Shown here: positions 1 through 8,026 of the stretch, piece after piece
Numbering within the stretch: the stretch's first letter is position 1
Layout of the letters: the number at the start of each line of letters is the position of its first letter
Origin: Thermoplasmata archaeon
Lineage (GTDB): Archaea; Thermoplasmatota; Thermoplasmata; GCA-020350865
Direction: 5' to 3'
NCBI GenBank assembly: GCA_020348445.1
Contig: CP070751.1
Span: 2,551,447-2,575,446 of the forward strand
DNA length: 24,000 nucleotides
Made by a program: the position numbers and the translations under genes
Notes under the pieces: generated by a model
The model's input: only the letters and a program-made list of their open reading frames with translations
The model's database searches: none
Told to the model about the DNA's origin: nothing

Positions 1-285
1 ACCATTGATCCACCTACAGAATTATCGGCAAAATATGTGAAGAAGGGCGGGGGGTCCATCGAGCTCACCTGGATACCTGTGGATGATGCAGAAGGATACA
101 ATGTATATTACTTTCAGAATGAAAAATATACATTCATAGCCAGTTCAACTTCGATAAAATACCTTGATAAGAATGTAATAAAGGGACAGACCTACACGTA
201 TGTAGTGACATCGTACAAGACATGCCCAGACGGCTCAACTGTAGAATCGGACTACAGCAACACAGCATTTGCAACTGCCGGATAA
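1..285 (+). CDS. 3' end of a surface/secreted protein gene ending in a fibronectin type III-like domain (gene begins left of the window)
   Basis: Frame 1 is open from base 1 (TIDPPTELSAKYVKKGGGSIELTWIPVDDAEGYNVYYF...TYTYVVTSY...). The listed ORF 37-285 is only the part downstream of an internal GTG. The FN3-like pattern matches the FN3 modules of the 19117 and 21651 proteins. Stop TAA at 283-285. Confidence 0.6.
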   Translation, partial: TIDPPTELSAKYVKKGGGSIELTWIPVDDAEGYNVYYFQNEKYTFIASSTSIKYLDKNVIKGQTYTYVVTSYKTCPDGSTVESDYSNTAFATAG

Positions 286-352
286 CTATTCCTTTTCCTA
301 ATATTTCTTAAAATGAATACTTTAACCCAGGTGTTTAATAAGTAAAAGAAAA

Positions 353-883
353 TCAATATTTTGAAGGGCAGCCAACCTGAATTTTTGTTGATATAATGGT
401 AAGCCCAAATTCACCTTCCTCGAGCTTCCCCTCCACCACGACCACCTTACCTTCCGCAAATCCTTCGGGCATTGCCTTTTCATGGACAACAAATATTGCG
501 AATGACGCATTTTTATCATCCACAAGTGTGAAGTTCTTACCTCCAGTCCAATTGCCCACCTTTCCCTTCACTGTGACCTCATCACCTAGGTATTTACCTC
601 TATTTTTTACGATATCCCTTACCTCGTCATAATCAGGTGGTGCGGCACCCCATAGAACCACTATCAAGGCAATTGCCACTATGGCCACCACGATAAGAAC
701 CTTGTTTCTTCTGGAAAAGAACCGTTTTCGCTTGGGTTTTGTCTCTTTCTTTGGTTCTTCTTGGGTATCCTCCCCTACTTCCTCATGTGATTCATCCTCA
801 GGCTCTTCCCCAGATTCTTTTTGGGAGTCATGCGCGGTTTCATCCTCGGTAATTTCCCCTTCTTGCTTCGTACTTACATTCAT
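353..883 (-). CDS. ccmE: CcmE-like heme chaperone, Cys-variant (CxxxY) type, with a long acidic N-terminal extension
   Basis: Single TM segment (VLIVVAIVAIALIVVLW) followed by an OB-fold-like beta-rich domain. The C-terminus ...IQVGCPSKY carries C-P-S-K-Y where bacterial CcmE has HxxxY. Last gene of the ccmABCD-linked operon; its ATG overlaps the ccmD stop (ATGA). Confidence 0.75.
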   Translation of the reverse strand: MNVSTKQEGEITEDETAHDSQKESGEEPEDESHEEVGEDTQEEPKKETKPKRKRFFSRRNKVLIVVAIVAIALIVVLWGAAPPDYDEVRDIVKNRGKYLGDEVTVKGKVGNWTGGKNFTLVDDKNASFAIFVVHEKAMPEGFAEGKVVVVEGKLEEGEFGLTIISTKIQVGCPSKY

Positions 884-1023
884 TCTTTTTTCACCATCTC
901 TTCAAGTAACTTCAGTTCATTTGCTAGTTTTACCTGTTTCATATGAAGATATACAAGATATCCAAAAAGTCCCAACCATATGATCGAATAGCCAATATAC
1001 AAAGCCTCAAGTTCACCCATCAT
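880..1023 (-). CDS. ccmD: Small single-TM protein, CcmD-like heme exporter subunit (47 aa, below the ORF-track size cutoff)
   Basis: Hand translation gives MMGELEALYIGYSIIWLGLFGYLVYLHMKQVKLANELKLLEEMVKKE: one hydrophobic helix plus a charged tail. It fills the ccmC-ccmE gap exactly, with ATGA overlaps at both ends (1020-1023 and 880-883). Confidence 0.55.
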   Translation of the reverse strand: MMGELEALYIGYSIIWLGLFGYLVYLHMKQVKLANELKLLEEMVKKE

Positions 1024-1724
1024 ATCCCTCCAATCTTTTCCTTTAAATCCTCAATTTTTGAGGCCATTTCTTGAATTGCTATGCGTTTTCTCAACATGAA
1101 CATATACAGAAATGAGAAAGCTACAACACCAACTAAAAGACCGATTCCTGTTTCAGAAGACATGGACCCCTCACTTGTTGCCACAACATTTGGATGCATG
1201 CTCTGCCATATCCTTGAAGATATGAACGACAAGGGAACACATGCAAAACCAATGATTCCGAAAACAGCTGCAAGCCTGGCTTTATTCTCGCTTTCCACAC
1301 CCCCTCTCAGTAATAGATATGCCAAGAAAATCAGCCATAAAACGAACGTTATAGTGAGCTTGGTGTCCTCCCACCTCCAGTAAACACCCCACTCTGCTTT
1401 TCCCCATATTGGACCTGTTACAATGGCAAGGGTGCAGAAAACAACACCGATTTCGGCAGAGGCAAATGCTATGGTATCCCATTTTCTTAAGCTGTTTTTA
1501 AGATATAGTACTGACATTATGAAGACCACTCCGAAAGCCAAAAACGATACCCAAGCTGCTGGAACATGAAAGTAGAAGATTTTCTGTGCTTTTGGCGCAC
1601 TCCAGCCATCTTCTTCCCTGACCTCAGGGGTATAGATCAGAGCTGTATATATTGAAAGCAAGACAAAGAATACTGTGAGAATCAGAATAACTGTCTCCAA
1701 CCTTTTATCGAACTTCATCATCAT
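1020..1724 (-). CDS. ccmC: Heme exporter / heme-handling protein CcmC
   Basis: Polytopic membrane protein with the tryptophan-rich heme-handling motif WGKAEWGVYWRWEDTKLT (compare WGxxWxWDxRLT). Sits between ccmB and ccmD. Confidence 0.85.
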   Translation of the reverse strand: MMMKFDKRLETVILILTVFFVLLSIYTALIYTPEVREEDGWSAPKAQKIFYFHVPAAWVSFLAFGVVFIMSVLYLKNSLRKWDTIAFASAEIGVVFCTLAIVTGPIWGKAEWGVYWRWEDTKLTITFVLWLIFLAYLLLRGGVESENKARLAAVFGIIGFACVPLSFISSRIWQSMHPNVVATSEGSMSSETGIGLLVGVVAFSFLYMFMLRKRIAIQEMASKIEDLKEKIGGI

Positions 1725-2404
1725 TCCTCTAAGACAAAATCGAACAGGAGATATGCGATTGCGATGTATATTACAGCAAACACTCCCAATATCCTCAACT
1801 CGGGTATTGCATCTATAATATCGCCCTCTAAAGCCTTCGATGTGGCGTTTACAGAAGGCATTAACACTGTTAATAGGATAATAGGTATTAATAATATTGG
1901 TATCAACACACCCCTAATATCCTGGGCATTTACCGCAATTCCCGAAATGAGGGTTCCTGAAACGACAAAACAAAAAGTACCCAGAAACACCACCACTAGG
2001 ACTGGGAGTAAATTCCCGTTAAAGTCATATGAAAAGAATAAAACAAAGAAAATCAACGCAAAGATGTCAACAAGAAGTATTAGAAAGTAATTGGACAAAA
2101 CTTTACCGAAGTATATTGCCGACCTGTCCATGGGACACAACATAAGACCCTCCAATGAACCCCGGTCTTTTTCTTTTGAAAACGAGGTGAGAAGGCCGAA
2201 CATTCCCGCGAAGAAAAATGTAACCCATAATATGGGTGAAACAAGAGGTTCCAGGGCCTCTGACGAAAGAGAATAGAAGTAAAATGCAAAATAAAAGGCT
2301 ACCATGACGAATAACGAAAACACAAGCATGGAGAATACCATCTCCTTTGTCCTGAATTCGGTTTTTATGTCCTTAATGGCTATTGCCAGGCCCTGAGACA
2401 TCAT
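1721..2404 (-). CDS. ccmB: Heme exporter permease CcmB (ABC-2 type)
   Basis: Six-TM hydrophobic protein immediately downstream of ccmA. I prefer the start at MMSQGLAIAIKDIK (ATG 2404-2402), which gives an ATGA overlap with the ccmA stop. The ORF-track start at 2473 would overlap ccmA by 73 nt. Confidence 0.8.
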   Translation of the reverse strand: MMSQGLAIAIKDIKTEFRTKEMVFSMLVFSLFVMVAFYFAFYFYSLSSEALEPLVSPILWVTFFFAGMFGLLTSFSKEKDRGSLEGLMLCPMDRSAIYFGKVLSNYFLILLVDIFALIFFVLFFSYDFNGNLLPVLVVVFLGTFCFVVSGTLISGIAVNAQDIRGVLIPILLIPIILLTVLMPSVNATSKALEGDIIDAIPELRILGVFAVIYIAIAYLLFDFVLEE

Positions 2405-3111
2405 TTTTGAGCCCCCATAAGGCCATGGTACTTCCCCTTGAAAGCCTCTATATCCATATTCTTCTTCTCGCATTCAAAGGCAACCTTTCCATTGACAAGT
2501 ATCGCCAGTCTTTCTCCGATTCTATGGCCAAGTTCAACATTGTGAGTTATCAAGAATATGGTTTTACCCTCCTCATGGAACTTCCTAAGAATGTCTGTCA
2601 ACATCTCCCAAGCCTTATAATCAAGGCCGGTGTAGGGCTCGTCTAATAGGAGAACCGGGGGATTATGAAGAATTACTCTTGCAACAGCAGCCCTTTGTTT
2701 CATACCTCTAGAGAATTGACCCACCCTATCATTCATTCTATGTAATAATCCCACCTCATCAGCCAAGGTTTTTAATGTTTTCTCATCCTTTTTTAATTTG
2801 TACATCCTTGAATAGAAAATCAGATTCTCCTTTAAGGTGAGATCATCATAAAGAAATGGATTGTGGGACAAAACACCTATTGTGCTTCTCACTTCCATTG
2901 ACTCCTCTTTGATGTCAAATCCATTTATGATCACATTTCCGGATGAGGGTCTTGAAAGAGTGGATAGAATCTTGATAAGAGTTGTTTTTCCAGCACCATT
3001 TGGTCCAAACATAACAAGGAACTCACCAGATTCGGCTTCCAAGTTCAAGTCGCATAAAACCTTCTTTCTTCCAAATCTCTTTTGGAGGTTTTTGATTTCT
3101 ATTGCGGGCAT
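2401..3111 (-). CDS. ccmA: Heme exporter ABC ATPase CcmA
   Basis: Walker A GPNGAGKTT, ABC signature FSRGMKQR, Walker B LLLDEP, H-loop ITHN. First gene of the ccm operon. Confidence 0.85.
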   Translation of the reverse strand: MPAIEIKNLQKRFGRKKVLCDLNLEAESGEFLVMFGPNGAGKTTLIKILSTLSRPSSGNVIINGFDIKEESMEVRSTIGVLSHNPFLYDDLTLKENLIFYSRMYKLKKDEKTLKTLADEVGLLHRMNDRVGQFSRGMKQRAAVARVILHNPPVLLLDEPYTGLDYKAWEMLTDILRKFHEEGKTIFLITHNVELGHRIGERLAILVNGKVAFECEKKNMDIEAFKGKYHGLMGAQK

Positions 3112-3199
3112 TACCGCGTAATCTACGGATTGCCTTAAAATGTTTTGGATTTTTAAAATGGCTTATATTTTCCGGCTCTTCTTGTTTATAATAATTTTT

Positions 3200-3230
3200 G
3201 GGCGGGAGGTGGGGATTTTGGCGGTGGGGG
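3200..3230 (+). other. G-quadruplex-forming motif in the ccmA/acd divergent intergenic region
   Basis: GGG C GGG AGGT GGGG ATTTTGGCGGT GGGGG: four G-runs of 3 or more with loops of 1, 4 and 11 nt. The surrounding intergenic sequence is AT-rich. Confidence 0.35.
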
Positions 3231-3273
3231 TTTTGTGGTGGTCAATATAATTACATAAATGAAGAGATAAAGA

Positions 3274-3280
3274 TTATAAA
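3274..3280 (+). promoter_or_regulatory. Candidate TATA box for acd
   Basis: TTATAAA lies 38-44 nt upstream of the ATG at 3318. A GAGG Shine-Dalgarno-like element at 3303-3306 lies between it and the start. Confidence 0.3.
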
Positions 3281-3317
3281 CCATAATTGTATCATTACTC
3301 CCGAGGATTGAATTTCC

Positions 3318-5453
3318 ATGTCCGAGAACCTAGATGCCATATTCAAACCACGCTCAATAGCGGTTGTAGGCACATCAAGAAAAGAAGGTACCATTGGAAG
3401 GGAGGTACTCCATAACCTAGTGGCCTACGGCTTCAACGGGCCCGTATACCCAGTGAACCCTAAAGCTGAGTATGTCAACAGCATAAAGTGTTACCCCAAT
3501 GTATCCACGATCCCCGACGGAGTGGATTTGACCATCATAGTTATTCCAAAGGAAAATGTCCTCTCCGTTGTTTCCGAATGTGGAGAAAAGGGAGTAAAAG
3601 GCATCGTGGTAATTTCAGCGGGATTCAAGGAGATAGGGGAAAAAGGAATTCAGCTTGAAAAAGAACTTGTAGGTTTGATTAAAAAATATGATATGAGGCT
3701 AGTTGGCCCGAACTGTATGGGCGTAATTAACACAGCCAAGGATATCAGGATGGATGCCACATTTGGATCCACATTACCTCTCGACGGGCATGTGGGTTTC
3801 ATGTCCCAAAGCGGTGCCCTGGGCAACATTATCCTGGAATACGCAGACGAGCTTAAAATCGGATTCTCGAAATTCATCAGCATGGGAAACAAGGCTGATG
3901 TCTCAGGCAATGACATGTTGATGGACCTGGAGAATGATGAAAACACGAACATAATTCTCATGTATTTGGAGAGTTTCGGCAACCCAAGGAAATTCGTTAA
4001 GATTGCAAGGAGGCTGACCAAGAAAAAGCCCGTTATCGCGGTCAAGGCAGGCAGAACCAGGGCAGGGGCAAAAGCCGCCTCTTCCCATACCGGGGCCCTT
4101 GCTGGCTTGGATGTGGCTGTTGATGCACTTTTTGAGCAATGCGGGGTTCTGAGAGCCACCTCAATTGAAGAGCTGTTTGATTATGCGCTGGCCTTTTCCA
4201 ATCAGCCATTACCTGAGGGAAAAAGGGTGGCAATAGTTTCAAATGCAGGTGGGCCAGGTATAATCGCCACTGATGCATGCGTCAGTCTTGGCCTTGATAT
4301 GAGCACATTCGAGGATGAGACATACCAAAAATTGAAAAATGCGCTGCCCGAGGAAGCCAGCACCCAAAATCCTGTTGATATCCTTGGAGATGGAGGGCCA
4401 GAGCGTTACGAGAAGGCCTTGGATGCCGTATTAAAGGATAAGAACGTTGATGCAGTAATTACCATATTTGTACCGCCTTTAATGAGCAGAGCATTGGATG
4501 TCGCATTAGCCATATCAAATGTGAGTGCAAAATATCATAAACCAGTCCTTGGCTGCTTCATGGGTCGAGAGGAGGTGCTCACAAGCATCCAGGAACTTGA
4601 AAAGAACAACATCCCTGCCTACCTTTTCCCCGAATCTGCGGCAAAATCAATAGCAGGCATGTATAAATTCAACGAATACAGACGCAGAAGGGAGGGGGAT
4701 ATTAGGCAGTTTGATGTAGATAAGGAAATGGTCCAAAATATCATCTCGAAGGCAAAAGACGCGGGGAGAACATATCTTTCTCAAAACGAGGTGAAGGAGA
4801 TTTTAATTGCCTATGGATTCAGCTTCCCGCAATCGCAATTGGCGAAAGGTGAGGATGAAGCGGCAAACATCGCAAAGCGTATTGGATTCCCAGTGGCTTT
4901 AAAGATCGCCTCCGATGAAATCATACATAAATCAGATGCCAAAGGCGTGGCTTTAGATCTTAAAGACGAGAAAGAGGTAAGAGAGGGTTATAAGCAAATC
5001 CTCAAGGAGGTGGGACAAACTACTTCTGCAACAAAGATAGATGGCATCGTGGTTCAAGCCATGGTAAAAGGCGGTAAAGAAACGATATTGGGTATGAGTC
5101 TCGATCCCAATTTTGGACCATTGATCATGTTCGGTTTAGGCGGCATATATGTGGAAGTTCTCAAGGATGTGACCTTCAGGATAGCTCCGATTACGGATTT
5201 GGATGCCCAGGAGATGATCAAGAGCATAAAGAGCTATCCTTTGCTCTCAGGAATCAGGGGCGAGGAGCCAGCAGATATCGATTCCATAGAGGAGTATATT
5301 CAAAGACTTTCCAGATTGGTGGAGGATTTCCCAGAGATAGAAGAACTGGATGTCAATCCCCTTGTCGTATTCGAGAAAGGAAGATGCTGTAATGTCGTTG
5401 ACGCCAGGATAAAGATTGGTCCTTCATATGAGCTAAAAAGGTACAAGTTGTGA
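3318..5453 (+). CDS. acd: ADP-forming acetyl-CoA synthetase (acetate--CoA ligase, fused alpha/beta, NDP-forming acyl-CoA synthetase family)
   Basis: N-terminal CoA-binding fold (SIAVVGTSRKEGTIGREV), MSQSGALG, and the phosphohistidine segment AKAASSHTGALAG. The C-terminal ATP-grasp half contains FPVALKIASDEIIHKSDAKGV. At 711 aa it has the typical length of fused archaeal ACD. Confidence 0.85.
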   Translation: MSENLDAIFKPRSIAVVGTSRKEGTIGREVLHNLVAYGFNGPVYPVNPKAEYVNSIKCYPNVSTIPDGVDLTIIVIPKENVLSVVSECGEKGVKGIVVISAGFKEIGEKGIQLEKELVGLIKKYDMRLVGPNCMGVINTAKDIRMDATFGSTLPLDGHVGFMSQSGALGNIILEYADELKIGFSKFISMGNKADVSGNDMLMDLENDENTNIILMYLESFGNPRKFVKIARRLTKKKPVIAVKAGRTRAGAKAASSHTGALAGLDVAVDALFEQCGVLRATSIEELFDYALAFSNQPLPEGKRVAIVSNAGGPGIIATDACVSLGLDMSTFEDETYQKLKNALPEEASTQNPVDILGDGGPERYEKALDAVLKDKNVDAVITIFVPPLMSRALDVALAISNVSAKYHKPVLGCFMGREEVLTSIQELEKNNIPAYLFPESAAKSIAGMYKFNEYRRRREGDIRQFDVDKEMVQNIISKAKDAGRTYLSQNEVKEILIAYGFSFPQSQLAKGEDEAANIAKRIGFPVALKIASDEIIHKSDAKGVALDLKDEKEVREGYKQILKEVGQTTSATKIDGIVVQAMVKGGKETILGMSLDPNFGPLIMFGLGGIYVEVLKDVTFRIAPITDLDAQEMIKSIKSYPLLSGIRGEEPADIDSIEEYIQRLSRLVEDFPEIEELDVNPLVVFEKGRCCNVVDARIKIGPSYELKRYKL

Positions 5454-5492
5454 AGAACTGACCTGGGAACTGGAGATTTGTAGATAATATAG

Positions 5493-5500
5493 TTTTTTTT
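5493..5500 (+). terminator. Oligo-T archaeal-type terminator candidate after acd
   Basis: T8 run 40 nt downstream of the acd stop. Confidence 0.35.
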
Positions 5501-5545
5501 ACTAAACTCGAGAATTATTTAATTATTTCGCAATTAACACCGTAT

Positions 5546-6502
5546 ATGTTATATACCAATTCAATTAATAACCTCCGAGATCATGTGCCTGGTGATAGTT
5601 TGAGAAAGCCAACGATTTTATTTTATGTCATTGTGGTGAGTATCTTTCTGATGCCCTATTCCACCCAAACTGCATTTTCTGATGCAGAATTACCCCAGTG
5701 GAAGGTGGGATACAGGTGGGATTATAAAGGTCAGGAGCAGAACACCACAGTCAATCTCACTGTCAAGGTTATTGAAATAACTACTATAGAAATGAATGGA
5801 ATGGCTTATGATGTATATGTTGTAAACATAACATCCATTGCGATGATAAATCAAGTTCAAGATCAATTTCAAGTCATTGATCAAAAAAATAAATACATTC
5901 AAACGAGCAATTTAGCCACTGTAAAAGAGGAGATTTCCCATATTGCTCCTAATAGAAATATTAATGGGAATAACACTTACACACCTTTAAAGAAGGAATA
6001 CGATTTCCCTATTCTGGTTGGCAAGAAATGGACCTCTTCCTACACCAAGAATGTAAGTTTAGAAGGGCTGGGAACCTACCTCATCTCAGAAAGTATTAAT
6101 TATTCTGTTATAGCTGAAGAATCAGTTACAGTTGCCGCAGGTACATTTGATTGCTATAAAATCGAAATAGACGTTGGCACAGGTGTAATAGACCAATTCT
6201 GGTATTCTGAGAAAGTAAAAAACATAATCAAGACAACTCGCTTCTCAGAAGATATATTTTATGAAATGAACCTTACCGCCTATTCATTTAAGGAAGAAGA
6301 GGATGGTGATTCCGATGATATCACCACAGAGGACCTTTTGCCTTATATATTAATTCTGATCATCGTGATTTTGATAATTGTAGTTATCGTGGCAAGAAAA
6401 AGGAAAAAGAGCAAGAAGAAAAAGAAAAAAAAGAAGAAGAAAAAGACCATACCTGATGAGGACAAGAAGGTAGAGGAGAAAGAGGAAGAAAAATCTGAAT
6501 GA
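5546..6502 (+). CDS. Hypothetical type-I membrane-anchored extracellular protein with a poly-lysine cytoplasmic tail
   Basis: N-terminal hydrophobic signal-like segment (ILFYVIVVSIFLMPYS). The beta-rich ectodomain has many N-x-S/T sequons. C-terminal TM (LLPYILILIIVILIIVVIVA) is followed by RKRKKSKKKKKKKKKKK and an acidic tail. No recognisable catalytic motif. Confidence 0.5.
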   Translation: MLYTNSINNLRDHVPGDSLRKPTILFYVIVVSIFLMPYSTQTAFSDAELPQWKVGYRWDYKGQEQNTTVNLTVKVIEITTIEMNGMAYDVYVVNITSIAMINQVQDQFQVIDQKNKYIQTSNLATVKEEISHIAPNRNINGNNTYTPLKKEYDFPILVGKKWTSSYTKNVSLEGLGTYLISESINYSVIAEESVTVAAGTFDCYKIEIDVGTGVIDQFWYSEKVKNIIKTTRFSEDIFYEMNLTAYSFKEEEDGDSDDITTEDLLPYILILIIVILIIVVIVARKRKKSKKKKKKKKKKKTIPDEDKKVEEKEEEKSE

Positions 6503-6546
6503 ACCTGAATCTTGCCTACGCCCACTGATTATCTTAGTTTATTGAT

Positions 6547-7872
6547 CTATTCCCCTCTCAATTCCTTCATATGCTCGATTCTTTTCTCTATTAACTCCTT
6601 CTTGCCAATGTCGTGCCTCATGAAGACGTTGCCTTTTACATGGGAAAGCGCATTTTCGGCGATTTTCTCTGCATCGAATATACTGTCATCGATGCCCACT
6701 ACAGCCAATGACCGTGAAGAGGTCGTATAGATCTGGTCATCCCTCTGATTCACAGATGCAAAGAAAAGCTCTGCACCGCTATTTTCGATTTCGGCCTCGT
6801 CTACTACCACTTTCTCTCCCACAAGTGATTCTACACCGTAACCCTTTGGAACGATGTACTTGCAGACACTGGCCTTGTTTGCGAACATAGCCTTTTTAGA
6901 CGCCAAATTACCATCGATAATTCCGCTGCAGATTTCTGCAAAGTCCGAGGTCAAAAGCGGAAGGACATTCATGGCCTCTGGGTCCCCGAACCGTGCATTG
7001 CACTCCAGCACCTTTAGTCCTTTGGTTGTGAGGATGAACTGGCCATAGAGGATGCCCTTGTATGGCGTTCCTTCTTCCTTCATGGCATCTATTATGCTCT
7101 GCATTATATCCACGCAATTATCGTATTCCTCTTTTGTCAGAAAGGGTAACAGACCATCTTCCTGAGAATAGGAACCCATACCACCAGTATTGGGCCCGAT
7201 GTCGCCTTCATATGCCCGCTTATGATCTTGCACTGCTGGCATTGGTAACAGGTGGCTTCCATCGCAAAATGCCTGGAGCGTGAGTTCCTCTCCAACCATC
7301 TTCTCCTCGATTACAAAGCTCGATGAGCCCCCAATTTTATTTTCATTGATTTCCCTGCAGTAATCCAAAACACCCTCCATGTTCAACAAATGCTCGCCCA
7401 TGATCTTCACGCCTTTGCCACCAGTAAGACCTATGGGTTTTACCACAACCTCTTTGTTGTAGTCCTTTAAAAATGTCTCTGCCTCTGATACATTATCGAA
7501 AACCCGATAGTCAACCATCCCAGGGAGGTTGTGCTTTGCCATCAAATCCCGCATGTACTGCTTTGATATCTCTATCTGAGATGCGCTCTTGCTCGGACCT
7601 ACACTTGGAATGCCCGATTTCTCAAGTTCATCCACGATTCCCACACCCAAAGGTGCCTCGGGTCCGATAAACGCAAAATCAACCCCCTTGGACTTTGCCC
7701 ATTCTGTAACTTTCTCAACTTCTGTCTCTTTTTCGTACAACGTGTCCTTACTCAGCTTGGCAATACCAGGATTACGGTTCTTCATAACCGAATATATCTC
7801 GGTATTGGATTTTACTAAGGCTTTTACTATCGCATGTTCTCTTGCTCCGCCTCCAACACTTAGAACTTTCAT
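6547..7872 (-). CDS. purD: Phosphoribosylamine--glycine ligase
   Basis: MKVLSVGGGAREHAIVKAL N-terminus and an ATP-grasp core (VVKPIGLTGGKGV, LECNARFGDPE). Length 441 aa. Confidence 0.9.
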   Translation of the reverse strand: MKVLSVGGGAREHAIVKALVKSNTEIYSVMKNRNPGIAKLSKDTLYEKETEVEKVTEWAKSKGVDFAFIGPEAPLGVGIVDELEKSGIPSVGPSKSASQIEISKQYMRDLMAKHNLPGMVDYRVFDNVSEAETFLKDYNKEVVVKPIGLTGGKGVKIMGEHLLNMEGVLDYCREINENKIGGSSSFVIEEKMVGEELTLQAFCDGSHLLPMPAVQDHKRAYEGDIGPNTGGMGSYSQEDGLLPFLTKEEYDNCVDIMQSIIDAMKEEGTPYKGILYGQFILTTKGLKVLECNARFGDPEAMNVLPLLTSDFAEICSGIIDGNLASKKAMFANKASVCKYIVPKGYGVESLVGEKVVVDEAEIENSGAELFFASVNQRDDQIYTTSSRSLAVVGIDDSIFDAEKIAENALSHVKGNVFMRHDIGKKELIEKRIEHMKELRGE

Positions 7873-8026
7873 ACCTTGCCCTCCTTATATGGGGGTAATA
7901 GACTTAGATATGGTTATACCTTTTGGTGGTCCTTGGATTTATGTAATCCAGTGTGATAAAGAAGGGAACAATTTTATATCTTGACAATAATGTAGGAAAT
8001 AGTGAAGATGATATTGAGGGAGAATC

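Noticed and set aside
3650-4159. 169-aa antisense ORF inside acd, plus the similar antisense or shadow ORFs 396-632, 681-983, 1081-1383, 1764-2090, 2861-3121, 7589-7984, 10931-11533, 14000-14422, 14438-14761, 15059-15358, 15416-15754 and 20384-20921
   Set aside because: All lie fully within strongly supported genes on the opposite strand or in another frame. They have low-complexity or Ser/Pro/Leu-biased composition typical of shadow ORFs and no recognisable motifs.
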